A stretch of 64,000 bases of DNA from an uncultured delta proteobacterium (GTDB lineage: Bacteria > Myxococcota > Myxococcia > Myxococcales > Myxococcaceae), in NCBI GenBank assembly GCA_963796055.1, contig CAWCKH010000005.1, positions 188,579 to 252,578 of the forward strand. Reading direction: 5' to 3'. The notes beneath the pieces were generated by a model, which was not told where the DNA came from, ran no database searches, and was given only the letters and a program-made list of their open reading frames with translations. The position numbers and the translations under genes were made by a program. This document shows positions 19,750-29,335 of this stretch, one piece after another (within the stretch, counting starts at the first letter, position 1; each line of letters starts with the position of its first letter).

Positions 19750-20187
19750 ATGTACAAGCACATCCTGGTCCCGACCGATGGCTCCGAGCTCTCCGACCGC
19801 GCCGTGGGTGAGGCGGTCACCTTCGCCAAATCGCTCGGGGCCCGGATGACCGCGGTCATCGTGTCGCCGCCCTTCCACCTGACGGGTTACGACCCCTTTC
19901 TCATCACCGTGACGCCGACACAGTACGAGCGCGCGCACGAGAGCCGCGCCCGCGAGGTGCTGGGCGACGCGCGGTCCAAGGCCGCCTCGGCGGGCGTGCC
20001 CTGCGAGGTGGTCTCGGTGGTGAGCGACGCGCCCTGGCAGGCGATCATCGAGACAGCGCAGCGAATGGGCTGTGACCTGGTCTTCATGGCCTCGCACGGG
20101 CGGCGGGGCGTGGCGGGGATGCTGCTGGGCAGCGAGACCCAGCGGGTGCTCACCCACTGCAAGGTGCCGGTGCTGGTCTACCGCTGA
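19750..20187 (+). CDS. Universal stress protein (UspA family)
   Basis: MYKHILVPTDGS, CDLVFMASHGRRG...LLGSETQRVL, PVLV; GG-N10-GC at 19711-19724. Confidence 0.93.
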   Translation: MYKHILVPTDGSELSDRAVGEAVTFAKSLGARMTAVIVSPPFHLTGYDPFLITVTPTQYERAHESRAREVLGDARSKAASAGVPCEVVSVVSDAPWQAIIETAQRMGCDLVFMASHGRRGVAGMLLGSETQRVLTHCKVPVLVYR

Positions 20188-21401
20188 GCGCCGGGGCCGC
20201 TCCGGCGCGCTGCCCGCAGGAAGAGCGGGGCCGCCACGAGCTGGGCGACCACCGCGAGGACGACCATCGCCGGCCGTGAGCGATCATAGAGCCAGCCCAT
20301 CGTCGCGCTCCCCACGAACCAGGCGACCCCGAACACCGCGAAGAAGACGCCGTACGCCCTCCCTCGCTCGGCCTGCGGGACGAAGCGCGCCACCGCCGCC
20401 TTGTAGACGGACTCCTGGGCGCCCATCGCCACCGCCCACAGTGCGGCGCCGGCGAGCAGGGCGCTGGCCGAGCCTCCCAGGAACACCAGCGGGGCGGCGC
20501 CCGCGCCGACGACGCAGGACAGCGCCAGCACCCCGGGCCCGCGCCGGTCGAAGGCGTGGCCGAAGGCGAGTGCAGCGACCGCATCCACCGCCATGGCCCC
20601 GGCATAGAGCAGCGGCACCAGGCCCAGCGCGACCAGCCCCGAGCGACCGGCGTGGAAGGCGATCAGCGCCCAGTCTGCGAAGCCGAGGCCCACCAGGGAG
20701 GCCGCGGCCACGTGCAACCGGAAGGAGGCGCCGAGCGGGGCGGCGACGGGCGGAGCGGGTGGCTCCAGCTCCTCGGGAGCGGGGAAGGCGCGCCGCGCTC
20801 GGAGCACGAGCAGGAGGGTGATCAGCGCCGGGACTCCGAGGATCAGGAAGGCGAAGCGGTACCCCCCGAGGGGGTTGTCCGCCGGACGTGCCGCGATGGC
20901 GAGGGTGGTGAGCAGCGGGCCGGCCACCGCGCCGACCTGGTCCAGCGCCTCCTCCAGGCCGAAGCTCCTCCCCTCGCCGGCCCGTCGCGCGGCGTGGGAC
21001 ACCAGGGTGCTCCGCGCCGGCGAACGGATGGCCTTCCCCACCCGCTCGGCGATGACCAGCACCACTGCCATCTCCCAGCTGCTCACCAGGGCCAGGCCGG
21101 GGACGACGATCAGGTTGAACGCGTAGCCGAGGATGGTCAGGGGCCAGTGCGCCCGGGTCCGGTCGGCGACCCAGCCGGTGAGGAGGCGCAAGGTGTATCC
21201 GGCCAGCTCGCCGGCGCCGGCGGCGATGCCCACCGCGGCCGCCGAGGCGCCGAGCAGCCCGAGGTAGGGGCCCACCAGGCCGCGCGCGCCCTCGTAGGTC
21301 ATGTCGCCGAAGAGCGCGACCACGCCCATGGTGACGACGAAGCTCCGCGCGCGCCGCACCAGGTCGGCGTCGGTTCGAACGGGCCCGGCGTCGGCAGCCA
21401 T
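20178..21401 (-). CDS. MFS transporter
   Basis: About 12 TM helices; GDMTYEGAR, GWVADRT, ERVGKAIRSPAR, DQVGAVAGP. Confidence 0.88.
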   Translation of the reverse strand: MAADAGPVRTDADLVRRARSFVVTMGVVALFGDMTYEGARGLVGPYLGLLGASAAAVGIAAGAGELAGYTLRLLTGWVADRTRAHWPLTILGYAFNLIVVPGLALVSSWEMAVVLVIAERVGKAIRSPARSTLVSHAARRAGEGRSFGLEEALDQVGAVAGPLLTTLAIAARPADNPLGGYRFAFLILGVPALITLLLVLRARRAFPAPEELEPPAPPVAAPLGASFRLHVAAASLVGLGFADWALIAFHAGRSGLVALGLVPLLYAGAMAVDAVAALAFGHAFDRRGPGVLALSCVVGAGAAPLVFLGGSASALLAGAALWAVAMGAQESVYKAAVARFVPQAERGRAYGVFFAVFGVAWFVGSATMGWLYDRSRPAMVVLAVVAQLVAAPLFLRAARRSGPGAQR

Positions 21402-21407
21402 CGGCCT

Positions 21408-22202
21408 CTACACGATGGCGCGGACCACGCCGCCGTCCACCCGGAGCGCGGCGCCGTTCACCGCCGAGGCCGGGCCGCTGGCGACGAAGACCGCGAGCGC
21501 GGCCACCTCCTCCGGCGTCGCGAAGCGCTGGAGCAGCGAGGTGGGGCGGGCGGTGGAGAAGAACTCACGCTCCACCTGCGCCGCTGACACACCCTGCTGC
21601 GCGGCGAGCCCCTCCACGAAGCCCTCGACGCCCTCGCTCCGGGTGGGTCCGGCGAGGATGGCGTTCACCGTCACCCGGGTGCCGCGGGTGGTCTCGGCGA
21701 GCCCGCGCGCCACCGCCAGCTGCGCGGTCTTGGTGGTGCCGTAGTGGATCATCTCCACCGGGATCTGCAGCGCGCTCTCGCTGGAGATGAAGAGGATGCG
21801 CCCCCAGTTGCGGGCCTTCATTCCCGGCAGGTAGGCCCGGGCGAGCCGCACGCCGCTCAGCACGTTCACCTCGAAGAAGCGCGACCACTCGGCGTCGGGG
21901 ATGTCCTGGAACGGGACCGCGGCGAAGATGCCGAGGTTGTTCACCAGCACGTCCACCTCGGGCAGCTGGCGCACCACCAGCGCGCAGCCCTCGGTGGTCC
22001 CGAGGTCGGCAGCGATCCCGCGCACCCGCGCTCCCGGGTGGCGGGCGCGGACCTGGGCCATGGCCGCCTGCACCCGGGCCTCGGTGCGGCCATTGAGCAC
22101 CACCTCGGCGCCCTCGGCCGCGAGCCCGGCGGCGATGGCCCAGCCGATGCCTGCGGTGGAGCCACTCACCAGAGCGCGCTTCCCATCCAGCTCGAGCTTC
22201 AT
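21408..22202 (-). CDS. Short-chain dehydrogenase/reductase
   Basis: SGSTAGIG, VNNLG, YGTTK catalytic YxxxK, VDGG. Confidence 0.92.
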   Translation of the reverse strand: MKLELDGKRALVSGSTAGIGWAIAAGLAAEGAEVVLNGRTEARVQAAMAQVRARHPGARVRGIAADLGTTEGCALVVRQLPEVDVLVNNLGIFAAVPFQDIPDAEWSRFFEVNVLSGVRLARAYLPGMKARNWGRILFISSESALQIPVEMIHYGTTKTAQLAVARGLAETTRGTRVTVNAILAGPTRSEGVEGFVEGLAAQQGVSAAQVEREFFSTARPTSLLQRFATPEEVAALAVFVASGPASAVNGAALRVDGGVVRAIV

Positions 22203-22216
22203 GGCCGCCGTTGCTA

Positions 22217-23704
22217 TCAGCGCGGCGCCTCAGCGTCGAACGCGGCGGCGAAGGTTCCGTACTCCTGGCCCAGAGCTCGCCCGAACGCGACCGCGAACGG
22301 TGCACCCTTCGACACCTCGGCCAGGAGTGAGCGAACTCCCCGCTCGCCATGCCGCTCGATGACCCGCTCCACCGCGTGCCGAGCCTCGAGGTAGGCGTAC
22401 CAGGCGGCATGGCGACCCAGGGCCTGGAAGCTTCCCTCGAGGGACCGAAGCGGGAAGCTGTGGGCGTCCAGCCGGCAGAGGACCGCCGGGCCATTGTCGG
22501 CCCGACGCCGCGCCACCTCGGCGAAGCCCTCGTTCAACCAGGCGGGCACGCTCTTGCCGCCGGTGGCCCGGTGAAGGAGCGCGTGGGCGTACTCGTGGAA
22601 GAGCGTCCCCTTGAAGGCGAGCGAGTGCACATCCGCGCCGGCGGCGGGAAGGCGGATCTTCCCGTCGTAGACAGCGGCCGACCACGCGGCGTGGCCCTCC
22701 TTGTCGAAGGACCGCTCGGGGTAGAGGACGATCGGGATGGGGCCGTCCGGGTACAGCTCGAAGAGACCGCCGACGTCGCGATAGGCGGCCTCCATGATCT
22801 CCAGGCTGGCCCGGGCCGCGGGGACGTCCGCCCGGCCGTCGAAGGCGATGACGAAGTGCTCGGACGAGACCCGCTCCAGGCCGCCCAGCCGCTGCGACTC
22901 GGCGCGGCCACGCTCCAGCCGCCGCGTGAGCGCCGGGTCGCCCGGGGTGACGCGGAGCCCGCGCTCCCAGGTGTCGATGGCCCCGGACAGGTCGTTGTCC
23001 TGGAACTGGTACTCGCCGAGCGCGAGGTAGGCCTCGGGGGTGGCCTCGTCGAGGGCGAGCGCGGCACGCGCCTGCAGCCGGGACCGCTCGGGCTGGCCGG
23101 CCTTCGCCGAGGCGAGGGCGACAGTGGCCAGCGCCCGCGCGACCGCGGAGCGGGCGGCCGACTCGGAGGTGGGCAGTTCCTGCAGTCGCGGCAGCAGCGG
23201 CTCCACCTTGGCCAGCGCGCCGGCCCGCGCCCGGTTCCGGACGGCGACGGCGACCTGCTCGAGCGCCGGCTCCGCGGCCGCCGAGTGCGCGCGGTACAGC
23301 GCATGGACCTGCTCCAGCGCCGCAGCCAGGTCGTCCTCGGCCAGGAGAGCGGCCACCGGCGCGAGCTCCCCGCGCGCCGACGGTGGGACGCCCGCGCTGG
23401 TCGCCGAGCCGACGGCCGCAGAGAGACCGCCCGCGTCGGGGAGGAAGTCCGCGACCTGGCGGCCGGCATCTGTCCGCCCACGAGCGGCGCGGGCCTCCTC
23501 GTCGGCGCGGCGCTTGGCATCGGCGAGCCGCGCCATGCTGGCGGCGAACACCTCGTCGTCGGTGAGCCCCGCGTCGGATGACTCCGATGGCCCGGCGACC
23601 GGCGCGGGAGCCGGAGGAGGCGCCGCGGCGGGACGACGGAGCACGACCACCGCCACCGCACCGGCGGTCACCAGCACCGGGACGAGGAGGAGCGACCAGC
23701 GCAC
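22217..23704 (-). CDS. Membrane-anchored TPR + peptidase MA-like metalloprotein
   Basis: N-terminal TM, TPR (PEAYLALG), HEYAH zinc motif and PAWLNEGFAE. Confidence 0.8.
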   Translation of the reverse strand: MRWSLLLVPVLVTAGAVAVVVLRRPAAAPPPAPAPVAGPSESSDAGLTDDEVFAASMARLADAKRRADEEARAARGRTDAGRQVADFLPDAGGLSAAVGSATSAGVPPSARGELAPVAALLAEDDLAAALEQVHALYRAHSAAAEPALEQVAVAVRNRARAGALAKVEPLLPRLQELPTSESAARSAVARALATVALASAKAGQPERSRLQARAALALDEATPEAYLALGEYQFQDNDLSGAIDTWERGLRVTPGDPALTRRLERGRAESQRLGGLERVSSEHFVIAFDGRADVPAARASLEIMEAAYRDVGGLFELYPDGPIPIVLYPERSFDKEGHAAWSAAVYDGKIRLPAAGADVHSLAFKGTLFHEYAHALLHRATGGKSVPAWLNEGFAEVARRRADNGPAVLCRLDAHSFPLRSLEGSFQALGRHAAWYAYLEARHAVERVIERHGERGVRSLLAEVSKGAPFAVAFGRALGQEYGTFAAAFDAEAPR

Positions 23705-24048
23705 GAAGGGTTCTCCAGTTTGCCCGAGGGCCGAGCCAGCCGCACCGGGCGCTGCCGGACGCACACCTGCCGCTTCCGGATTGCGCTGCTGCGGAGGAGT
23801 GACCCCCACAGCTGTGGCGCCCGGGTCCGGCCGCGCGCTCCGGTCGCTGCGCACGGATTGCGCGCCAGGGCCGATGTGCTCGCCCCGGTTCAGCGTGCGC
23901 CGCGGCCCGTGCGCGCCTGACGCTGGTACGTCGATTGCGATGCCCTCGCTCGATCGGCGGCAGCCAGAGACGTCCGTTGACCCACCTTGGATCACCCGAA
24001 GTCAGTGCGGCGGCGCGGCGTGCGCGGGGGGTGCTCCAGCCCTGGGAC

Positions 24049-24867
24049 GTGACGCCTCGGGGAGCTCGCGCCTACCAGCGGATACGCCGGGCGGTGCTGG
24101 CAGTGAGCGTGCTGACGGTGGTGGGCACGCCGTTTCTCGCCGCGCGCTTCGCGGATCGGACCTGGCCCGCGGGCATCTTCGTCGGCGCCACCGGCGCGGC
24201 ACGGGCGCTCGGCGTGGAGCTCCTGGACCCGCTGATGTCCGCGGGCGTGGTGCTCGCCGGTGGGGCCCGGCCGGGGCTCCTGGCCGCGGTCCTGCCCGTC
24301 TTGCTGCTGGTGGTGGTGCTGGGGCGCTTCTTCTGCGGCTGGCTCTGTCCCTACCTTCCGCTTCTCACCCTGAGCAACGCGGTCCGCTGGGGCCTCGGAC
24401 GGCTGGGCATCCCGACCTTGGACCTGCGGCTGCCCGGGTGGGTGCGCTTCGCGGTGCTCGGTGGAGTGCTGGGCGGCACGGCGGCGCTCGGGGTCCAGCT
24501 CGCGGTGCTGGTGTACCCGCCAGCCCTGCTCGCCCGGAGCGCGTACCGGCTTGCCTTCGGGCTCGGGCTCGGCAGCGGTGCGGCGATCCTGGCCGGGGTG
24601 TGGCTCTTCGACACCACGGTGTCGCGGGCCGGCTTCTGTCGCTCGCTCTGCCCCGGCGGGGCGCTGTTCTCGCTGCTCGGAGCGCGTTCGCCCGTCGGCG
24701 TCCACCGCGTGGCGAGCCGGTGCACCGGCTGCACCGTCTGTGACGTGGTGTGCAATCTCGGGCAGCAACCGATGAGCGACGGGGCTGGCCCGGGCTGCGA
24801 GCGGTGCGGGCGGTGCGTCGCCTCCTGCCCCACGGAAGCGCTCTCCCTCGGGGGGAAGCGGCCATGA
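24049..24867 (+). CDS. NapH/MauN-like membrane polyferredoxin
   Basis: GRFFCGWLCP and FCRSLCPGG motifs; CTGCTVCDVVC and CERCGRCVASCP. Start approximate. Confidence 0.8.
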   Translation: MTPRGARAYQRIRRAVLAVSVLTVVGTPFLAARFADRTWPAGIFVGATGAARALGVELLDPLMSAGVVLAGGARPGLLAAVLPVLLLVVVLGRFFCGWLCPYLPLLTLSNAVRWGLGRLGIPTLDLRLPGWVRFAVLGGVLGGTAALGVQLAVLVYPPALLARSAYRLAFGLGLGSGAAILAGVWLFDTTVSRAGFCRSLCPGGALFSLLGARSPVGVHRVASRCTGCTVCDVVCNLGQQPMSDGAGPGCERCGRCVASCPTEALSLGGKRP

Positions 24868-25433
24868 ACCGCCGGGGCGTGCTCGCGCTCGCGGCCGGCG
24901 CGGTGTCCGGCCTGCTGGTCCGACGTCCCCACGCCGCGGCGGCCGAGCTGCGCCCGCCAGGAGCCCTGCCTCCCGGTGCGTTCGAGCGGGCGTGCATCGG
25001 CTGCTTCCGCTGCGCCGAGGTGTGTCACACGCGGGCGATCCGCTTTCCGTCCGGTGCGGGGCTCGACGCAGGGCATCCCTTCCTCGCGCTGCGCGAATCA
25101 CCCTGTGTGCTCTGCATGGCCTGCACCGGGGTGTGCCCGACCGGCGCCCTGGCTCGCATCGAGCCGATTCCGGCGCGGGTGGCGACCGAGGTCCACATCG
25201 GTGTTCCGGTGCTCGACCGAAAGTCCTGCCTCCCCTGGAGCGGCCAGGGCGTGTGCCGGCTCTGTGCCTACGTCTGTCCGCTGGGCACCCGGGCGGTGGA
25301 GCTGGTCGGCCCGCAGCAGGCGCCGCTCTTCCACGCCGAGGGCTGCGTCGGCTGCGGGCTGTGCGAGGAGGCCTGTCCCGAGGAGGCCCGGGCGATCCGC
25401 ATCGCCGCACCGGCGCAGGCGGGTGGCGCATGA
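24864..25433 (+). CDS. NapG/MauM-like Tat-exported polyferredoxin
   Basis: MNRRGVL Tat-like signal, LRPPGAL, four [4Fe-4S] motifs. Confidence 0.82.
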   Translation: MNRRGVLALAAGAVSGLLVRRPHAAAAELRPPGALPPGAFERACIGCFRCAEVCHTRAIRFPSGAGLDAGHPFLALRESPCVLCMACTGVCPTGALARIEPIPARVATEVHIGVPVLDRKSCLPWSGQGVCRLCAYVCPLGTRAVELVGPQQAPLFHAEGCVGCGLCEEACPEEARAIRIAAPAQAGGA

Positions 25434-27523
25434 GCCGGCGCCGCCGACTCTCGCGCCGGGACCTGCTCCGCGCAGCGCCCATCGCCGGTGCGGGCGTGGC
25501 GGCGGTGGCCACCGCGGTGGTGGCACGCGCGCCGCCGCCGACGCGGGTGCGGCGAGGCGAATGCCACTTTTGCCTGCTCCACTGCGACCTTGCGGCCCGG
25601 GCGTCCGGGAGCACGCTCCTCCGCGTGGATGGAGATCCGGCCGGCGAGAGCCGCGGTTTCCTCTGTCACCACGGGCACGCGCTGCCCTCGGTGGTGCACT
25701 CCCCGGAGCGTGTTCGCCGCCCGCTGGTACGCCACGGGGACCGGCTGGTGGAGACGTCCTGGGACGGAGCGCTGGGGCTCATCGGTGAGCGGATGGCCGC
25801 GGTGCGGGCGCGCTTCGGTCCCGAGGCGGTCGCCTTCCAGACCGGGTGGCCGCTCGTCCGCCACCCGCTGATGGACTGGATCCACCGGCTGGCCCGGGCG
25901 TGGGGAACGCCGAACGTGGTGTCGGTGGCGAGCCTCTGCGAGACCGCCGGCCGGATGGGCCAGGCGCTGACCGTGGGCAGCAAGTACCGGCACGACCTCC
26001 GCCGGACGCGAACCCTGGTGCTCTGGGGCGCAAACCCGACGCACAGCACGCCGCTGCTGGCGCACGTGGTGGCGCGCAAGGCGACGGAGGGTCGGCTGGT
26101 GGTGGTGGATCCGGTCCGTACCGAGCTGGCCGCGCTGGCGACGGAGCACCTCGCGGTGCGGCCGGGCACCGACGGCGCGCTCGCGCTGGGGCTGGTGCGG
26201 GTGCTGGTGCACGAGGGGCTGGTGGACAGGGCGTGGCTGGAGCGCGAGACGGTGGGCTTCGAGGCGCTCGCCGGGCTCGCCCGGGCGTACACTCCCGAGC
26301 GGGTCGCGGGCCTCACCGGCGTCCCGCCCGAGCAAGTGGTGCGCGCGGCGCGCTTGCTGGGGACCGAAACGCCGACCGGCATCTGGTCCGGCCTCGGGGT
26401 GGAGCACCACGAGAACGGAGTCCAGACGGTGCGGGCCATCGCCGCGCTCGAGGCGCTGTGTCGACGGAGCGGCGAGCCGGAGATCCGCCAGGACCTCACG
26501 CCGGTGGCGACGGCCGACGTCACCGGCCCCCTGCCCGCGCTTCCTCGCTTTCACACCCCGGAGCCCGTGCCGCCGCCGGTCGAGGCAGTGCCGGTGGGCT
26601 CGGAGGAGCATCCGCTCTTCGAGATGTTCAACCGCGAGGCGCAGGGAACCCTGCTCGCCCGGGCCATCCTGGAAGACCGGCCGTACCCGGTGCGCGCGCT
26701 GGTGCTGGTGGCGTCCAACGCGCTGGTGACCTCACCGGGAAGCCCGGCGCTCTCGCGGGCGGCGGAGCGGCTCGAGCTGCTGGTGTCGGTGGACCCCTTC
26801 CTCACCGCGAGCGGCCGCCGCGCCCACGTGGTGCTTCCGGCCGCCACCTTCGCCGAGTCGGAGGGGGTGGCGCCGCTGCAGCACGAGGCCTGGCCGGACT
26901 GGAAGGTGGTGTTCGGGCTTGCCCGGGCGATGGGCCTCGGGGCCTGGTTCCCGTGGGGGACGTGGTCGGAGGCCGAGCGCGCGCCCCGCGTACCCGTGCC
27001 CGCCCCGCCGGAGCTGGCGCCTGGTCTGGAGCCCGGTTCCGGGCTGCCACGGGTGGGGACTCCATCAGGGCGGATCGAGCTCGCCTCGGGGCTGCTTGCG
27101 CGCGCCGGTCAACCTGCCCTGCCCGAGTGGACGCCGCCGTCGCTGCGTCCGTCGGCCGAGTTCCCGCTGATGCTGGTCACCGGCCCGCGGACCCGGGCGT
27201 ACATCAACTCGCAGTTCCGGCAAGTGGCGCGCATCCGGCTGCTCGAGCCGGAGCCGCTGGTCCGGGTGCACCCCGAGGCGGCGCGCGCGGCTGGACTCGG
27301 GGACGGCGCCCGCGTTGCCATCGTCTCGCCGGTGGGGCGGGTGGAGATGCGGCTCGCGGTGACCACCGACGTGCGGCCGGACGTGGCGGTGATGCCCGCC
27401 GGCTGGGAAGAGGCGAACGCGAACCTCCTCATCGATGGAAAACGGCTCGATCCGATCTCGGGGTTCCCGGCGTTCCGGTCGGGCGTGTGCCGGCTCGAGC
27501 CGGTGGTGGCGGTGCACGGCTGA
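25430..27523 (+). CDS. Tat-exported molybdopterin (bis-PGD) oxidoreductase catalytic subunit
   Basis: SRRDLL Tat motif, CHFCLLHC...LC N-terminal cluster, SLC putative Mo ligand, LWGANP, VDP, C-terminal VHPE..GL.DG domain. Confidence 0.85.
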   Translation: MSRRRRLSRRDLLRAAPIAGAGVAAVATAVVARAPPPTRVRRGECHFCLLHCDLAARASGSTLLRVDGDPAGESRGFLCHHGHALPSVVHSPERVRRPLVRHGDRLVETSWDGALGLIGERMAAVRARFGPEAVAFQTGWPLVRHPLMDWIHRLARAWGTPNVVSVASLCETAGRMGQALTVGSKYRHDLRRTRTLVLWGANPTHSTPLLAHVVARKATEGRLVVVDPVRTELAALATEHLAVRPGTDGALALGLVRVLVHEGLVDRAWLERETVGFEALAGLARAYTPERVAGLTGVPPEQVVRAARLLGTETPTGIWSGLGVEHHENGVQTVRAIAALEALCRRSGEPEIRQDLTPVATADVTGPLPALPRFHTPEPVPPPVEAVPVGSEEHPLFEMFNREAQGTLLARAILEDRPYPVRALVLVASNALVTSPGSPALSRAAERLELLVSVDPFLTASGRRAHVVLPAATFAESEGVAPLQHEAWPDWKVVFGLARAMGLGAWFPWGTWSEAERAPRVPVPAPPELAPGLEPGSGLPRVGTPSGRIELASGLLARAGQPALPEWTPPSLRPSAEFPLMLVTGPRTRAYINSQFRQVARIRLLEPEPLVRVHPEAARAAGLGDGARVAIVSPVGRVEMRLAVTTDVRPDVAVMPAGWEEANANLLIDGKRLDPISGFPAFRSGVCRLEPVVAVHG

Positions 27524-28000
27524 CTTCGGGTACCCGCGTGGGCAGCGACCTCGCGGTGCGGGACGCACTGGTGCGACGCATTGGCCCAGGGCGGAAGCCG
27601 GGCTCGATGCTCACGATCGCATCCGGGCGTCCGGACGGCCTGCGCGCCTTCCGAGCGCTCAGGGAAAGCACGGGGATGGACGCCGGAGTCTGGAGGCGAC
27701 TGGTCCGCCGCCGGCGTCTGCTGCCCGACCGGTTCGGTATCTGGAACACGCTTCCAGGCACAAAATCGGTCGCCCGACGGCCGGCAGCTTCCGGGCCCCG
27801 CGCTCACCCACTCGCTGCGGACCCCGCGGGCCACTCGCTTCGGCGGCCCTCGCACCGGGGTTGCCGGCGTCCCCTCGGGGCGATCCCTCGCGGTGCGATG
27901 CAGCCCCAACGCCGGGACCCGAGCTCAACGGACAAAGCCCGCCCGGTCTCCCGGCGCCGCCCCGTCGACGCCTCGCCCGCAGAGGGCGACAGACGCGCCG

Positions 28001-28600
28001 TCAGCCGACCTCCGCCTCCACGGAGGGCTCCGCCATCTCCTCCAGCGCGAGCCGCATCCCGGCGAGGATGTGTCCGTGGATCTCGTGCGTCAGCCGCCGC
28101 TCGAGCGGACGGAAGATCACCCGGGGACGGAGGTGACCGCGGTACCTGGTGGTGAGCGCCACCTCGGAGCCGGCCGGGATCGCCCGGATCTCGTAGACCC
28201 CATCGCTGAGCGACAGACAGCGCTCGAGCCCGAGCCGCTGCTCGAGCACCTCGAACCGAAGCAGGCTCGGGGGCTCGGTCGAGGTGGTGCGCTTGAGCAC
28301 GTACCCACCCTCGTACACGCAGCGGACGGTGCCTCCGACCCGCAGCTTGTCGCCCTCGGAGCGCACCGGCGCCGGCAGACCGATCCGGAGCAACGCTCCC
28401 GGGCGCGACGGGACCTCCTCGTAGAACTTCAGCGAGCTCCAGACGCGCTCGGGTGGCGCTGGCAGCTGCACTCGCGTGGTGATCTCCTCCACCGCGGCGC
28501 TCGGTGCGAAGAGCCCGCCGTACCAGTCGAGGAGCGTGCGAACGACTCCGGAGAAGGGCGGCGCGTCCGCGGCCCGCGTGGCGAGATCGGCACGTTGCAT
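28001..28600 (-). CDS. Hypothetical protein, SRPBCC/START-like
   Basis: TTRVQLPAPPERVWSSL, VGGTVRCVY, LLRFEV, HEIHGHIL pattern; start uncertain. Confidence 0.5.
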   Translation of the reverse strand: MQRADLATRAADAPPFSGVVRTLLDWYGGLFAPSAAVEEITTRVQLPAPPERVWSSLKFYEEVPSRPGALLRIGLPAPVRSEGDKLRVGGTVRCVYEGGYVLKRTTSTEPPSLLRFEVLEQRLGLERCLSLSDGVYEIRAIPAGSEVALTTRYRGHLRPRVIFRPLERRLTHEIHGHILAGMRLALEEMAEPSVEAEVG

Positions 28601-28699
28601 GGGGGGCCCCATCGTGCACGCACTGCGCCAAACCTGGAAGCGCGCAATGGCAGGAGCCCGCGACGCAACCCATGCGGGACCGAACCCGGGGCTTCCTGC

Positions 28700-28900
28700 C
28701 AGGTCATTGGCGAGCAGCGCGTGGACGAGTTCGGTACTGCCCTGGGTGACGAGGTTCGGGCCGTCTTCCTGCTTCAGGCGCTTCACGTCGGCGATGTCGC
28801 GCAGGAGCACTGAGCCCGCCCAGCTCGTATCGACCTCGCCTGAGCGCGAAACCGCGTACTTCTTGATGTCCTTGAACAGCTTGGCGATGCCGCCATGGGT
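28700..28900 (-). pseudogene. Internal fragment of a DHFR/RibD-C family gene
   Basis: KKYAVSR...W..S..L.D..DVKRLKQEDGPNLVTQGSTELVHALLANDL; both ends missing. Confidence 0.6.
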
Positions 28901-29038
28901 CGAGATTTGTAGAAGAACCGCAGCGTTCTCCCCGATTGGCTCGGGTTGGTCCCTCCCGCTGAGGCGTACGCGAGGTGCTCGCGGTAACCCCTTACGCATG
29001 CTAGGGAATCTGTTGTCTGGCTCCGTAGCTCATCTGGA

Positions 29039-29308
29039 TACCACGACGCAGATCCACGCGCGTCCAACGAAGTCCAGGGGAGTCCAGAGCAGAGTGCTTC
29101 CGGCGAGATCGCGCCGCGGGATGGCTCACCGACCCCTCCGCAGAGTCCCTCGAAGTCCATCGAAGACCGCTCCAATCGACCCAAATCGAGCACAGACCTC
29201 GTCCCGGTGCCGCTCCTGGAGGACCCGGGGATCGCGATCTTGCTCACCCCCGAGGAGCTGGAGCTGGTTCTGCGGCACCGCCGGGAGAAGAAGACCGCGC
29301 CGACCTAG
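29039..29308 (+). other. Orphan 3' segment of integrase A (89 codons, rejoined on excision)
   Basis: Open frame YHDADP...LLTPEELELVLRHRREKKTAPT* begins in the att core in the same phase as integrase A. Confidence 0.65.
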
Positions 29309-29335
29309 AAGGAGCGGGACCGCTAGGCCTCCGCT

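Noticed and set aside
25430..27523. napA periplasmic nitrate reductase
   Set aside because: Shorter than NapA, no recognisable NapA-specific motifs, and no napB or napD.
2534..27523. Numerous long overlapping ORFs in the track (e.g. 2534-4849, 17491-19506, 23040-24743)
   Set aside because: Shadow or antisense frames of real genes in high-GC DNA, with low-complexity translations.
27524..28000. ORFs in the gap after the molybdoenzyme
   Set aside because: Arg/Pro-rich translations with no motif or clear RBS.
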